60,489 nt of DNA from positions 1-60,489 of IMG/VR virus record IMGVR_UViG_3300037336_000242; one strand, given 5' to 3'. Both the position numbers and the translations under genes were made by a program. Under the pieces are notes generated by a model. The model made no database searches. It was not told where the DNA came from and was given only the letters and a program-made list of their open reading frames with translations. Below, piece by piece: positions 18,629-27,805 of the stretch. How positions within the stretch are numbered: position 1 is the first letter of the stretch; the number at the start of each line of letters is the position of its first letter. Source of the DNA: a virus (taxonomy: Duplodnaviria; Caudoviricetes).

Positions 18629-19045
18629 CTACGGGGTTTGTAATACTGGCAAGTCTGGCAACACTGGCAACACCGGCGGGGCTGGTAATGCGATAGAACA
18701 CGTCGTAAATGACGCGGCCTTTTGCTGGATAGCATCAATCAGTCTGGCAAATGCTGCTGCATAGGCCACAAGCTGAAGCTGGAAGCCGATTATCGGCTTA
18801 ATAATCGGCTCAATCAGCGTGTCTACCAGCTTTTTCAGGTACTCCAAAACCTTGAGCGGGTCGGTTGGTAATGTCAACAACTCAAGATATGGCGCAAAAA
18901 CCGCCAATTGTGCCGTAATATCATCAATCTGCGACTGAATACCAGCAAGCGCCTGCAATGCCGCCGCCTGCAATGCCGCGCAATCAATAGCGCCTTCGAT
19001 TTCAGCAGTTAAGCCGTTTAAATGATCAAGATTTACTTCAGCCAT
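18629..19045 (-). CDS. Hypothetical helical virion protein
   Basis: 138-aa ORF following the baseplate spike gene. Confidence 0.6.
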   Translation of the reverse strand: MAEVNLDHLNGLTAEIEGAIDCAALQAAALQALAGIQSQIDDITAQLAVFAPYLELLTLPTDPLKVLEYLKKLVDTLIEPIIKPIIGFQLQLVAYAAAFARLIDAIQQKAASFTTCSIALPAPPVLPVLPDLPVLQTP

Positions 19046-19056
19046 CGCTCAATACC

Positions 19057-19521
19057 TCAAAAAATGTTAGTCACAATACCTTCGGCAACCGTAACAATCT
19101 GCCCCCTCACACTCACAAACGAACCTGTCGCGCCCGTGCCGACTGCGAGGTTGCCAGTCACTCGCAAAGCACCTATAACTCTTGTTGCTATCGCATCAAT
19201 CAAAGCACTATTTTCAGCAATGACTTGTATGTTCTTTTGACGGATACGCCGCGTGTCGACCACCGCCCCCGCGCCGTGGCTGCGATATGCCCAAATGACA
19301 GGCGAATCAGCCTGACCACCTGCAAAGAACACATACACTTCAGCACCCGCCAACACTTGCAGCTCAGTATCGCGGTCATCGTGGCCGACTGGATAGGCAA
19401 AGGTAGCGGTTAGGCCATCGGTTGCGCCATCGGTTAGGCCGTCGATATGCACCTGAGCCGTGCGCGTTGCCGCGTCATAGCTCAGGATTTTGGCGGGGTA
19501 GTCGCGGTTAGAGTTGCCCAT
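19057..19521 (-). CDS. Baseplate spike (gpV/gp5-like)
   Basis: OB-fold-like N-terminus (GAEVYVFFAGGQADSPVI) and beta-repeat C-terminus ending GIVTNIF. Confidence 0.75.
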   Translation of the reverse strand: MGNSNRDYPAKILSYDAATRTAQVHIDGLTDGATDGLTATFAYPVGHDDRDTELQVLAGAEVYVFFAGGQADSPVIWAYRSHGAGAVVDTRRIRQKNIQVIAENSALIDAIATRVIGALRVTGNLAVGTGATGSFVSVRGQIVTVAEGIVTNIF

Positions 19522-19649
19522 TAGCGCGGCCAGAGTTGCCCGAAAGGCGGCATACTATTTGAGGCTGACGCAAGGTCATCGAACATGCTGTAAGCGTATG
19601 TGTAAGCATACGGGTCAGTATCATATAGATCAGAATAGAAGTAAGTCAT
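19521..19649 (-). CDS. Unannotated 42-aa protein ending GQLWPR
   Basis: MTYFYSDLYDTDPYAYTYAYSMFDDLASASNSMPPFGQLWPR fills the gap exactly; stop overlaps spike ATG. Confidence 0.6.
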   Translation of the reverse strand: MTYFYSDLYDTDPYAYTYAYSMFDDLASASNSMPPFGQLWPR

Positions 19650-19653
19650 AATC

Positions 19654-20514
19654 TCAATTCCAGCGGATTAACGTAGTTGCAAATGCACCGTTGCGCTGAT
19701 CGCTTTTTTGCGAACCCGCACCCAGCGACAAATACGAGTTGCCATCCAATAAACCCTGAATGACCTCACCTAAGCCTGCATTTTGGCGTGCAGTACCGAG
19801 GATTACCCGTGGTCGCCAAAACACACCCGACGGACTGATACACGCGGCAGGAAAGACAGGACAAGTTGTACCGTTGGCGATACTCCGATCAGTCGAAAGC
19901 GGCATCGGAATGGCAACGATCCCACCCACAATAGCTTCACTTGTCGCGTTGGCATAGTCGATATAGCGAAATTCAGGGGTGCTAGTATTTCTTTCTTGAA
20001 ATCCGACCAATAGAGTATTGCCGTTGGGCGTGCCGTTTGAGGTAAGACTCCGCTCAATCACAAACACACCACCACAGCTATTAATGAGTGTACCCAGTGA
20101 CAGTGCAAACCAAGAAGACCCGTAACTAATGTAGGAGTTTGTGGGAGTTGCAGCCCCGTCAGCGTGGTTACAGACCTTGACAATTGACATCAACACACCA
20201 CCGATGTTGCCCGCACCGTCGGCAGATTTACCTATAGTTGCGGATAAGTGTACCGCGTTGCCCGAAGAACCGAATCCATAGCCTATTTTAATGAAGATCG
20301 GATGAGTGGCTTGTAGTGCATCATTGAACCGATAAACCTCACTACCTACGACCGTTCCTAAAGAATTGCCATTAACAGTCTCCCAGTCAATGTCGCCAGA
20401 TTGAGGCACACGAGTCAGCATTGCGCCAAGCTGAGCCGATAAGGTAGAACCAAACGACCTGAAACCAGGTGTATTTCTACCATCCAAAATCAAACCAAAA
20501 ATTGCAGTAGCCAT
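19654..20514 (-). CDS. Putative tail-fibre/receptor-associated beta-rich virion protein
   Basis: Gly/Ser/Thr-rich, in tail operon. Confidence 0.5.
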   Translation of the reverse strand: MATAIFGLILDGRNTPGFRSFGSTLSAQLGAMLTRVPQSGDIDWETVNGNSLGTVVGSEVYRFNDALQATHPIFIKIGYGFGSSGNAVHLSATIGKSADGAGNIGGVLMSIVKVCNHADGAATPTNSYISYGSSWFALSLGTLINSCGGVFVIERSLTSNGTPNGNTLLVGFQERNTSTPEFRYIDYANATSEAIVGGIVAIPMPLSTDRSIANGTTCPVFPAACISPSGVFWRPRVILGTARQNAGLGEVIQGLLDGNSYLSLGAGSQKSDQRNGAFATTLIRWN

Positions 20515-20518
20515 ATTC

Positions 20519-21004
20519 TTACACCTCAGTCGGTAAATAATCGAAGCTCATGGTCATAGTTGCGTCTGCCAGCGACAGGTTACGCACGCTGTAGTAGCAG
20601 TTGCCATCGGTGCTGTATCCATTAACAGCAGGTGATAGCACAGCAGACAGCAAGCCGTTAACGCTATGAAATTCCAGAAGTTGTGCTGACCCTTGCACAT
20701 AATCCATCCCCAACGGACGCAGTAGATCGGCATCACGGGCCGCTGAGCTTGGATACAGTCGCACGCGCATACTTGCACTTGTCGTGATAGACCGCAGCAA
20801 GTACCCAGCAGTGACAGCAAATGACCCTGTGACGGTCTGATTGTTGGGGATAGTGCCAAGTGCTACGTTGAGTGTAGCGCGTGGTGGCTTAACGTAAGCC
20901 TTGATCTGCCCAACACTAATCGCCTTATCGCCAGCCTCGCCCGTCGGCATCTGGATTGCGTCTGTAACCCCACTGACTAGCAGTGCATCATTGATCTTTG
21001 TCAT
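20519..21004 (-). CDS. Putative tail-appendage protein
   Basis: 161 aa beta-rich ORF in tail operon. Confidence 0.5.
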   Translation of the reverse strand: MTKINDALLVSGVTDAIQMPTGEAGDKAISVGQIKAYVKPPRATLNVALGTIPNNQTVTGSFAVTAGYLLRSITTSASMRVRLYPSSAARDADLLRPLGMDYVQGSAQLLEFHSVNGLLSAVLSPAVNGYSTDGNCYYSVRNLSLADATMTMSFDYLPTEV

Positions 21005-21363
21005 GCGCTTAACTCCACGTTTGCACTACTTGCCCACTGCACGACATCACCTGATGCCCACTGCCAACCAACACCTGATGCCCACTGCCAACCAACACTT
21101 GTTACCCGCAACACCCAAACACTTGGAATCCCAGTGTCTAGCGCATCTTGTACGGCCTGATAAAAAGGATTGTTTGGCTCAAAGCCTAACCGCCCGCGAA
21201 TGGTTTTTTGATCAATAAGCATTGGTTTGTCGGTGCGCCCACGCATGAACTTGCCGATGATCAGGCCGTTGGTTAATCTGCCGATAACCGCCAAACCAGA
21301 CTTGTTTTCGACTGCCCGCAACTGGATACCGACTGCTTCACCTAGAACCTTAACTGGCTGCAT
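21001..21363 (-). CDS. Paralog of sheath N-terminal-domain protein with C-terminal WQWAS repeats
   Basis: Shares identical DKPMLIDQKTIRGRLGFEPNNPFYQAVQDALDTGIPSVWVLR with 29122-29400. Confidence 0.75.
   Translation of the reverse strand: MQPVKVLGEAVGIQLRAVENKSGLAVIGRLTNGLIIGKFMRGRTDKPMLIDQKTIRGRLGFEPNNPFYQAVQDALDTGIPSVWVLRVTSVGWQWASGVGWQWASGDVVQWASSANVELSA
21031..21098. repeat. 24-bp tandem repeat (TGCCCACTGC at 21031, 21055, 21079)
   Basis: Encodes VGWQWASG x2 plus VVQWASS. Confidence 0.8.
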
Positions 21364-21369
21364 GCACCC

Positions 21370-22263
21370 TCACAGACTCGATAGCCATAGTTTTGTAGCA
21401 GCTACTGAGCTACCGCCTAACGCGCCTGTATCAACCCTGTGCGCCGCTGTAAGCACCACATAAGGCTTGCCACTGACTTGCACCACGCGCCCGCATTGCA
21501 GGTTTAGATCAAGTGGCCGCAAAATCGAACCACGACAGATCAGCACCTTTTCCATGTTTTTAAGTTGCCGCGCATCCAATCTAGGCAAGTAAGAAACAGG
21601 CTTGCCACGGTTTAACGCCTCATTCTCGACCGTCGAACCATCATCCGCGATAGAGTAAAAGGCGGGCGTTTGCAGCATCTGCATCTTGGGGCTTTCAATC
21701 CACGCCACCGCGCTAGGATCAAACTTGCCGACTGGTTCAGACTTGAGCAAAGTATCAATTTTAATGACTGATAGCTTGCCACCCTCAAGATAGACAATAG
21801 CCGCTTCCTGCTGTAGCCGATTGGCTATTTCAGCCGTGGGCATGCCACCGCGCAAACAGACAAACCGCGCCAACGGCAAGTCTTGGCCGATTGCCATTTT
21901 TGCCCCACAAGCACGCAATGCACCCGCAAAACTGCCAGACTCCAAAATCAGCGCCTTGCTAGTCGGCTCAATCAGCGCTTGGCAACCACTGAGCACGCCC
22001 ACACAAGCGATACCGCCAATACGCCGCCCGTCCTTAATCATCTGCGTTTTGATTGGTTGCGCCTTGATCAGCGTGATACTGATTGCAGGTTCCCCGATCA
22101 ACAATTCAGCACCGACCACCAATTCAGCATCTGTATCGACGTTGCTTTGCGCGGTTAGCTCAAGCGTTGCAGGCACTGGCACGCAATCGGTTCTAAGCGT
22201 TACCGATAGCAATTCAGCAGCCGATAACGTCCGACCCGTTGCAGCCACTGCCATCACAATCAT
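21370..22263 (-). CDS. Baseplate hub-like tail protein
   Basis: LRTDCVPVPATLEL N-terminus; position in tube/spike operon. Confidence 0.55.
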   Translation of the reverse strand: MIVMAVAATGRTLSAAELLSVTLRTDCVPVPATLELTAQSNVDTDAELVVGAELLIGEPAISITLIKAQPIKTQMIKDGRRIGGIACVGVLSGCQALIEPTSKALILESGSFAGALRACGAKMAIGQDLPLARFVCLRGGMPTAEIANRLQQEAAIVYLEGGKLSVIKIDTLLKSEPVGKFDPSAVAWIESPKMQMLQTPAFYSIADDGSTVENEALNRGKPVSYLPRLDARQLKNMEKVLICRGSILRPLDLNLQCGRVVQVSGKPYVVLTAAHRVDTGALGGSSVAATKLWLSSL

Positions 22264-22697
22264 GGCTTGGCATCTAACGTAAATGGCGGGGCAATAAAGG
22301 CGTTTTTGGGCAATAAATCGCGCTGTTGGTCATAGTTGCCCCGCGCCTCACTGACCGACAATCCAAAGGCTTCAACCCCTAGACTACGGCTTGCCTCGTT
22401 GCGTTGCGCCTGCAACCAGTCGCAATGCGCCAACACCACTGGCTTGATAAACGCCCACTCGTAGGCGTCTATTTTAAGACTGGTATTTAGCGAAATAGTC
22501 AGCGTAGCAAAACGCTGCTCTTCAAAAGTTGCCCACGCTGCATACAGGCGGGCTTCTTCAATCATTGCATCTTGCACGTCATCCACCAGCAGCGAATAAC
22601 CCGACAACTGCAACTCAGTATGTAATCGCTCAGATATTTCAGCAATCGTACCGACCGTAGCCCGTGGATAATCGCCGCTGTGTGGCTGCAATAGCAT
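22260..22697 (-). CDS. Hypothetical tail morphogenesis protein
   Basis: 145 aa between tube and hub genes. Confidence 0.55.
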   Translation of the reverse strand: MLLQPHSGDYPRATVGTIAEISERLHTELQLSGYSLLVDDVQDAMIEEARLYAAWATFEEQRFATLTISLNTSLKIDAYEWAFIKPVVLAHCDWLQAQRNEASRSLGVEAFGLSVSEARGNYDQQRDLLPKNAFIAPPFTLDAKP

Positions 22698-22702
22698 GGT
22701 AA

Positions 22703-23353
22703 TTACCCCAACAAGCCACGAATGGCATTCACGCCGCCTGCAATCGCACCGACGCCACTAGCGACGCCACTGGCCGCACGCAACACGCCTTGCACCCGAT
22801 CAACCAAGCCTTGAATGCCGCTAACGCCAAGTTGTCCGGGGAACACGGTATTATTTCGACCGATACTGGCATACGCGCCAAAATAGGCATAATCCACGCT
22901 ACCGCTGACATCAAGCACTTGCGACCGACTCGACGCCTCAATGCTTGGCGAATCAAAACGGAATTTACAATCCGTCATTTCATAAGTGCGCGTGAAAGCA
23001 CCTAGCCGACCGACGTAAAAATCACAATCAATAGCTCCGCCACTGGCAACAACAAATTCGGCAAATTGCGACACATGCCCCGCCTCGGTTTCGGTCATAG
23101 TGATTTGGCCTTGATAGTGGTTTTTGGGAATACCGGCAACACCCATCTGAGCACCACCACCCAAGTCAACTTCGGCTGGATCGTGATTGGTAACGATAAG
23201 ATACGGCATGCTTTTAATCAGCAGGCGACCATCTGTGTAGCCACGGGGGACTAACATGCCTTGGCACGCCAACAGTGGCGAACCGATTTGCTTCATTGCC
23301 TCATAATCAGCTTTTAACTGATTCAGTAAGACGGGGTTTACTTGACCGGTCAT
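22703..23353 (-). CDS. tub: Tail tube protein (P1 Tub-like)
   Basis: GQITMTETEAG...YEMTDCKF...SGSVDYAYFG resembles recalled P1 Tub. Confidence 0.7.
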   Translation of the reverse strand: MTGQVNPVLLNQLKADYEAMKQIGSPLLACQGMLVPRGYTDGRLLIKSMPYLIVTNHDPAEVDLGGGAQMGVAGIPKNHYQGQITMTETEAGHVSQFAEFVVASGGAIDCDFYVGRLGAFTRTYEMTDCKFRFDSPSIEASSRSQVLDVSGSVDYAYFGAYASIGRNNTVFPGQLGVSGIQGLVDRVQGVLRAASGVASGVGAIAGGVNAIRGLLG

Positions 23354-23382
23354 TAGAATGGACTCGTACTATAGATACGGCC

Positions 23383-23425
23383 ATTCTGTTGACGCTATGC
23401 GGGGTAGGCTTTGCGGGGTTCCATT
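23383..23425 (-). promoter_or_regulatory. Putative late promoter AATGGAACC-N28-CAGAAT
   Basis: Conserved motif upstream of tube gene. Confidence 0.7.
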
Positions 23426-23469
23426 TTCAGTTACATGAAAAAGCCAATGAAATCAATGGCTGTTTTTAA

Positions 23470-24081
23470 TTAGAAAGGAGAGTAATCATTTACCGTGTAA
23501 GACTGCATCACCACAGCAACGCCCAAACCAAAATCTTCAGCGACTTCTGAGTCAATCACGACTTGGGGGACAATGTTTGCAGGCACCAAGCGACGCAACA
23601 CCGGTGCAAGCTCTGACAGCTCTGAGCGCTCCACAGCAGCATCTAGGCGAATACGGATACGACTTGTTAAAAACCGATCAACCGACTGTAATTCATTCAA
23701 AAAACGCGGGTATTCACTGGCATATAAAACAGAGTGCCACATACGCACAATTTGCCATTGATCAGGCCACAGCATCTGTAAAACGAACTGTAAAAAGCCT
23801 AGTCCGCGTTCACTGGCAAGGCTTGACCAATTGGCATAAATCACGCGCATCAAAATATCAGCGGTAACAGGCCGCCGTAGCACTGCCAAGCCGTCTAATT
23901 TGGTGAAGCGTTCGACCACGGTACGCCCGCCCAAATGGGGTGCGCCATAATCCACCAAGTCTTGTAAGCCAGCCTGCAAGTCATTAGCCATAACTTGCAC
24001 CACAGCACGCGCTAAGGCCGTTTCTAGGCCGTCGTGGGCGTGTTGGGCTGCAATCGGTAGCGTGAAGCCTAAAGCGTCCAT
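23470..24081 (-). CDS. Baseplate wedge (gpI-like) protein
   Basis: Follows baseplate J-like gene; ERGLGFLQFVL...LRRLVPA pattern. Confidence 0.6.
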   Translation of the reverse strand: MDALGFTLPIAAQHAHDGLETALARAVVQVMANDLQAGLQDLVDYGAPHLGGRTVVERFTKLDGLAVLRRPVTADILMRVIYANWSSLASERGLGFLQFVLQMLWPDQWQIVRMWHSVLYASEYPRFLNELQSVDRFLTSRIRIRLDAAVERSELSELAPVLRRLVPANIVPQVVIDSEVAEDFGLGVAVVMQSYTVNDYSPF

Positions 24082-25529
24082 AACGACCCGCCTGTGTCCG
24101 CCGTGCGGCTTAGTGTCACCGTGATACTGGCATCAGTCAGATACAGCCATTCGTGGGGCTTGATTGTATTTGCGCCCAAGTTTTCACTACCGACTACAAA
24201 GTCACTGATTCGATCTTGAAACGCCGTGATATTGCCGCGCATCAGCCTACTAATTTCTTGCAAGTTAATGCCGTCTGGCATCCATCGGCTTGCTGCGATG
24301 GTGCCCTTTCCGTACTTGGCAGTCAGTAGGCCGCGTATTTGCGCCGCAACCGTGTCTAAGTCATGCACCGCAGCCAATCGACCGGTAATCAGCAATTGGT
24401 AGGGGCGCTCGACCACAGCACGCACTTTCACGCGCCCGTCATACAGCGAATCGCTACGCCCAATTAGTTGCTGAATGTCACTCACAACCGTGGCCTGCTC
24501 AAGCGGGTTTTTGGCAACCGTGGCAATGTTCAAATGGTTAATATCGGAAAGCTCCACGACCCCGTAGGCGCGTTCCTGAATCGTTTCATTCCACACCGCC
24601 AAGTAATCGACCCGCGCCATAAATTTCTTACGCGCCAAAAAGTCGAAGCTACCCAAAAACACCGCGTTTTCATCGTACAAGGCGGGATAACTTGCCAGTA
24701 GGCGCAATTGACCAATCGACAGCGGATCAGCCCCCGCACGCACCAAACCGCCTACCTTAAAGCGCACCCGTACCTTTTGTTCAGCAGTGGTTAGCACATC
24801 ACTGAGCGCGGCATCTTTTAGCGTAGCGGTATCCACCGACCCGTAGGATTCAATGATCTGAAAAACGAACTGTTGCGCCGTGGCAACGGTACGCCCCGCC
24901 CGTAAATCATCGCCAAACTCGACCAACACGCGCCGCAAACTATCAGTCGTAATCGTGACTGCGTATTCCAGCGGGCTAACATTCATCCAACGTGGTGCAT
25001 GGCGGTAAGTATTCGGGATAACGTCGGTATCCAAAATAGTCAAGCCTGCCAGTAGCAAACCCGCTTGCAAGGTGACAGGGACGCGATGGAAAGGCTCAGA
25101 CAGTGGCACGCTGTAGGTGACTTGTCGCAATTCGCTTTGTTCTGCCAGTACGTCGCCTGTAGCACCACCAGCCACCGTTACCGACGCAAGCAAACGCCAC
25201 GGACGCCCGTTGCTATCTTCGATCAAGCGCCCCTGCGATAGCGTGACAGTCGCTGCGCCACTATTGGATACTGTTAGCGTGTGTTGGCACGCCGTGGCAA
25301 CCGGCAAAATCCCCTTGTTTGTCGCATCTGCCAGAATCGACCGGTCACGGGTTTTGATAAAAGGTTCAATCGTTGCTACGTCAATTTCACGCGCCAACAG
25401 TGCCAAATATGCCGCGTTAGCGCGTACCTGTTGCACCACAAGCGGATCGCCCGCTTGGTAGCGTTCAGCAATGGCGGCATCGTCTAATGACGCAACCAGC
25501 CGCGTTTCAAAATCAGCCAGCGTCAACAT
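24069..25529 (-). CDS. bplA: Baseplate J-like protein (P1 BplA-like)
   Basis: VEFGDDLRAG, GADPLSIGQLR, VWNE; size and position. Confidence 0.7.
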   Translation of the reverse strand: MLTLADFETRLVASLDDAAIAERYQAGDPLVVQQVRANAAYLALLAREIDVATIEPFIKTRDRSILADATNKGILPVATACQHTLTVSNSGAATVTLSQGRLIEDSNGRPWRLLASVTVAGGATGDVLAEQSELRQVTYSVPLSEPFHRVPVTLQAGLLLAGLTILDTDVIPNTYRHAPRWMNVSPLEYAVTITTDSLRRVLVEFGDDLRAGRTVATAQQFVFQIIESYGSVDTATLKDAALSDVLTTAEQKVRVRFKVGGLVRAGADPLSIGQLRLLASYPALYDENAVFLGSFDFLARKKFMARVDYLAVWNETIQERAYGVVELSDINHLNIATVAKNPLEQATVVSDIQQLIGRSDSLYDGRVKVRAVVERPYQLLITGRLAAVHDLDTVAAQIRGLLTAKYGKGTIAASRWMPDGINLQEISRLMRGNITAFQDRISDFVVGSENLGANTIKPHEWLYLTDASITVTLSRTADTGGSLWTL

Positions 25530-25845
25530 CGAATGTTTCTCCCGCTGCAATCTGCTCGGATACCTTGTTCAGATTGATCAAAGCCCTACCAATTTGCAGA
25601 TAAATTATTTTGCGCTCAAAGCCCACGGTTTCCGACTGTAGCGATAGTTGGTTGCTATCTAACTGAGCAACGATTGGCACGTCACGCCGCAACTTGTCCA
25701 AAAACTCATCTGCAATCGGTGCGGATAGGGGCCGTAGCAACAACGACGCTAAATCAGCCCCATAGCCTGAGCCAAAGTAGCCGTTTACAGGCGTACTGAG
25801 CCAGTGGGCAATCATGGCCTGAATATCAGCGGCTTGAATGGTCAT
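25513..25845 (-). CDS. Baseplate gp25/gpW-like protein (P1 PmgA-like)
   Basis: HWLSTPVNGYFGSGYGADL motif. Confidence 0.7.
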   Translation of the reverse strand: MTIQAADIQAMIAHWLSTPVNGYFGSGYGADLASLLLRPLSAPIADEFLDKLRRDVPIVAQLDSNQLSLQSETVGFERKIIYLQIGRALINLNKVSEQIAAGETFDVDAG

Positions 25846-26204
25846 TGCTGCATACCGATCTTGATACCAATGGCTTTAATTTCCACCATTAGCAGCGACA
25901 AAAACAGGCAATACCCTGCAATCATGCCAATCAGCGACGTCAAAATCACCGCCCCCACGCCCCACGCCCCCAAGTCACCTAGCAGCATGTAAAACCGCCA
26001 CAGCAGCACGCCATACACTGAGCCAAAAAACAGCAGATAAGGCGAAACCTGAAACAGTGCTTTATCAGCAATCTTAGGCTCGGCAATGATGAATTTTTCG
26101 GATAACAGGCGTGCATGATTCAGGCGCGTAACCTGCCAAAACACATGCGCAAACAGCAACATAGACAAGACAAAATCAATTGCGCTCGACGGGGTTAGGT
26201 TCAC
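25842..26204 (-). CDS. Membrane protein (about 3 hydrophobic segments; possible holin-like)
   Basis: Three hydrophobic stretches in 120 aa. Confidence 0.5.
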   Translation of the reverse strand: MNLTPSSAIDFVLSMLLFAHVFWQVTRLNHARLLSEKFIIAEPKIADKALFQVSPYLLFFGSVYGVLLWRFYMLLGDLGAWGVGAVILTSLIGMIAGYCLFLSLLMVEIKAIGIKIGMQQ

Positions 26205-26214
26205 AGTTAGCCCC

Positions 26215-26859
26215 TTACGCCGCCTGTGCGCGTTTTTGCTCGACCCGTGTTTTTAGGTCATCGCGTTGCTGTGTCTTGGTTGCAATGGTTGCCAGTAATT
26301 CCGTTTCGGCTTCTTTTGCAACCTTGAGCTGCTGTGCGGTGTTTTTGGGGGTCGCTTTGTTTGGGTCTTTCGGAATAACAACCTTTTGCCTGCCTAGCTT
26401 TTTCTCAAACGCCAATTGACCGCTACGGATTGCATCGCCGATCTGCTTAAATACGCTGCCAGCACCTTTCTGTTCGACCAACCCCGCGCCACCTTGGCGG
26501 ATTTTGGTTGCATCCTGCTTTCTGGAATCAGGGCTAAGGGCGGGTGTTTTTGTCTTATCGGCAGTAAGATTGGTATATGCGCCGCCATCTTTACCGATAT
26601 TTAAATCACCGTTAATGGGCATATCCTTTCCGTTAATTTGCACCCGATACACATCACCGCCTTGGCGGATCAGAAACGTCACGATCTGATTGCCGCCTAG
26701 AACAAACTCGACAGGACGCACGCTAACGCCTGCCGTGCGCTTGGTCTTCAAGACGTTAATCAGTGCGACGGCTTGGCCTGTAGCCTTTGCCAGCGCGTCC
26801 TTCATCTTGCCTTTTAGCTCAATAGACTGGTCGGATAGACTGTTAATATCTAATGCCAT
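26215..26859 (-). CDS. hdf: Hdf-like protein (DarA N-terminal-type domain)
   Basis: KRTAGVSVRPVEFVLGGNQIVTFLIRQGGDVYRVQINGKDMP; C-terminal coiled coil; start MALDINS downstream of promoter. Confidence 0.7.
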   Translation of the reverse strand: MALDINSLSDQSIELKGKMKDALAKATGQAVALINVLKTKRTAGVSVRPVEFVLGGNQIVTFLIRQGGDVYRVQINGKDMPINGDLNIGKDGGAYTNLTADKTKTPALSPDSRKQDATKIRQGGAGLVEQKGAGSVFKQIGDAIRSGQLAFEKKLGRQKVVIPKDPNKATPKNTAQQLKVAKEAETELLATIATKTQQRDDLKTRVEQKRAQAA

Positions 26860-26889
26860 GACGGTACATACCCATAATTCAATATGGCA

Positions 26890-26931
26890 ATTTTGTGTTA
26901 CGCACGCCACGACACGCTGCAAGGTTCCATT
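26890..26931 (-). promoter_or_regulatory. Putative late promoter AATGGAACC-N27-CAAAAT
   Basis: Conserved motif upstream of hdf-like gene. Confidence 0.7.
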
Positions 26932-26988
26932 GTCAAAAAACCCGCTGTATTAGCGGGTTATTTGGTAGTCAGTAGTCAGTAGCTGGAC

Positions 26989-27795
26989 TTAGTACAAACC
27001 AGCCTTTTTGCCCTTGCCCATAGAGCGTTGCGCTTTTTTCATAGACGCAAAGGTTCTAGGTTTAGCATGCAGCTTTTTCATCGCGCCGCGCTGTGCAGCC
27101 GATAGCTTGACTGTTTGACCAGCCACGCGCTTGTTTACAACCGTCGCCTTGCCATTGCGCATCACTTTCACGCCCTTGTAGCGAATTTTTTTACCATTCA
27201 CTGACTTGACCATGTTTGAGCCGACCCGTGCTTTTTTGCGCGGCATTTTCGCAGAATCGAAGCCTTTTTCATCTTCATCATCAGAAAAAACCTGCTCAGA
27301 ATCGAAGCCATACATAAACTGTTTGGCGAACTCATCCATCGCATCGCCTAAGTCTGGCAAGTTAGAAATGACCGTTTCAGCAGCAGATTCTAGGGCTGCA
27401 TCTGCCGCCTCTGTATCATCCCCCATGATGTCAGAAATAACCGCATCATCGACACCAAGCGAACTAAACGCATCTGCCATATGTGCCGACAAATGCTGGT
27501 TAATCAATGGGTCAACCTTGCCATCACCATCGCTATCTAGCCCCGTGACCATCAAGCCATCAAAGAACTCAGACGGTAGCATATCCTCTGGGATAGCATC
27601 CTCTTGCACGCCATCGGCAACCAACAGCACCACCTGCAACGCTAGGCCACGCATAGACTGAATATCAGCCAATGCCGCCCGCTCATCGACTGGATCAAAC
27701 AACGCGCCAACTTGAGCGGCTGCATCACCCGCAGCAGAATCAAACATCGCACCGCATGCCTTTTTGCTGAACATTTCCCGCACTTGATCAAACAT
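26989..27795 (-). CDS. Bipolar head protein: acidic N-terminus, very basic C-terminus
   Basis: Six FD motifs; K/R-rich tail after GFDSAK. Confidence 0.7.
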   Translation of the reverse strand: MFDQVREMFSKKACGAMFDSAAGDAAAQVGALFDPVDERAALADIQSMRGLALQVVLLVADGVQEDAIPEDMLPSEFFDGLMVTGLDSDGDGKVDPLINQHLSAHMADAFSSLGVDDAVISDIMGDDTEAADAALESAAETVISNLPDLGDAMDEFAKQFMYGFDSEQVFSDDEDEKGFDSAKMPRKKARVGSNMVKSVNGKKIRYKGVKVMRNGKATVVNKRVAGQTVKLSAAQRGAMKKLHAKPRTFASMKKAQRSMGKGKKAGLY

Positions 27796-27805
27796 AAATT
27801 TCCCC

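Noticed and set aside
26962-26983. AGTAGTC short tandem repeat
   Set aside because: Two to three copies beside a terminator, no inferable function
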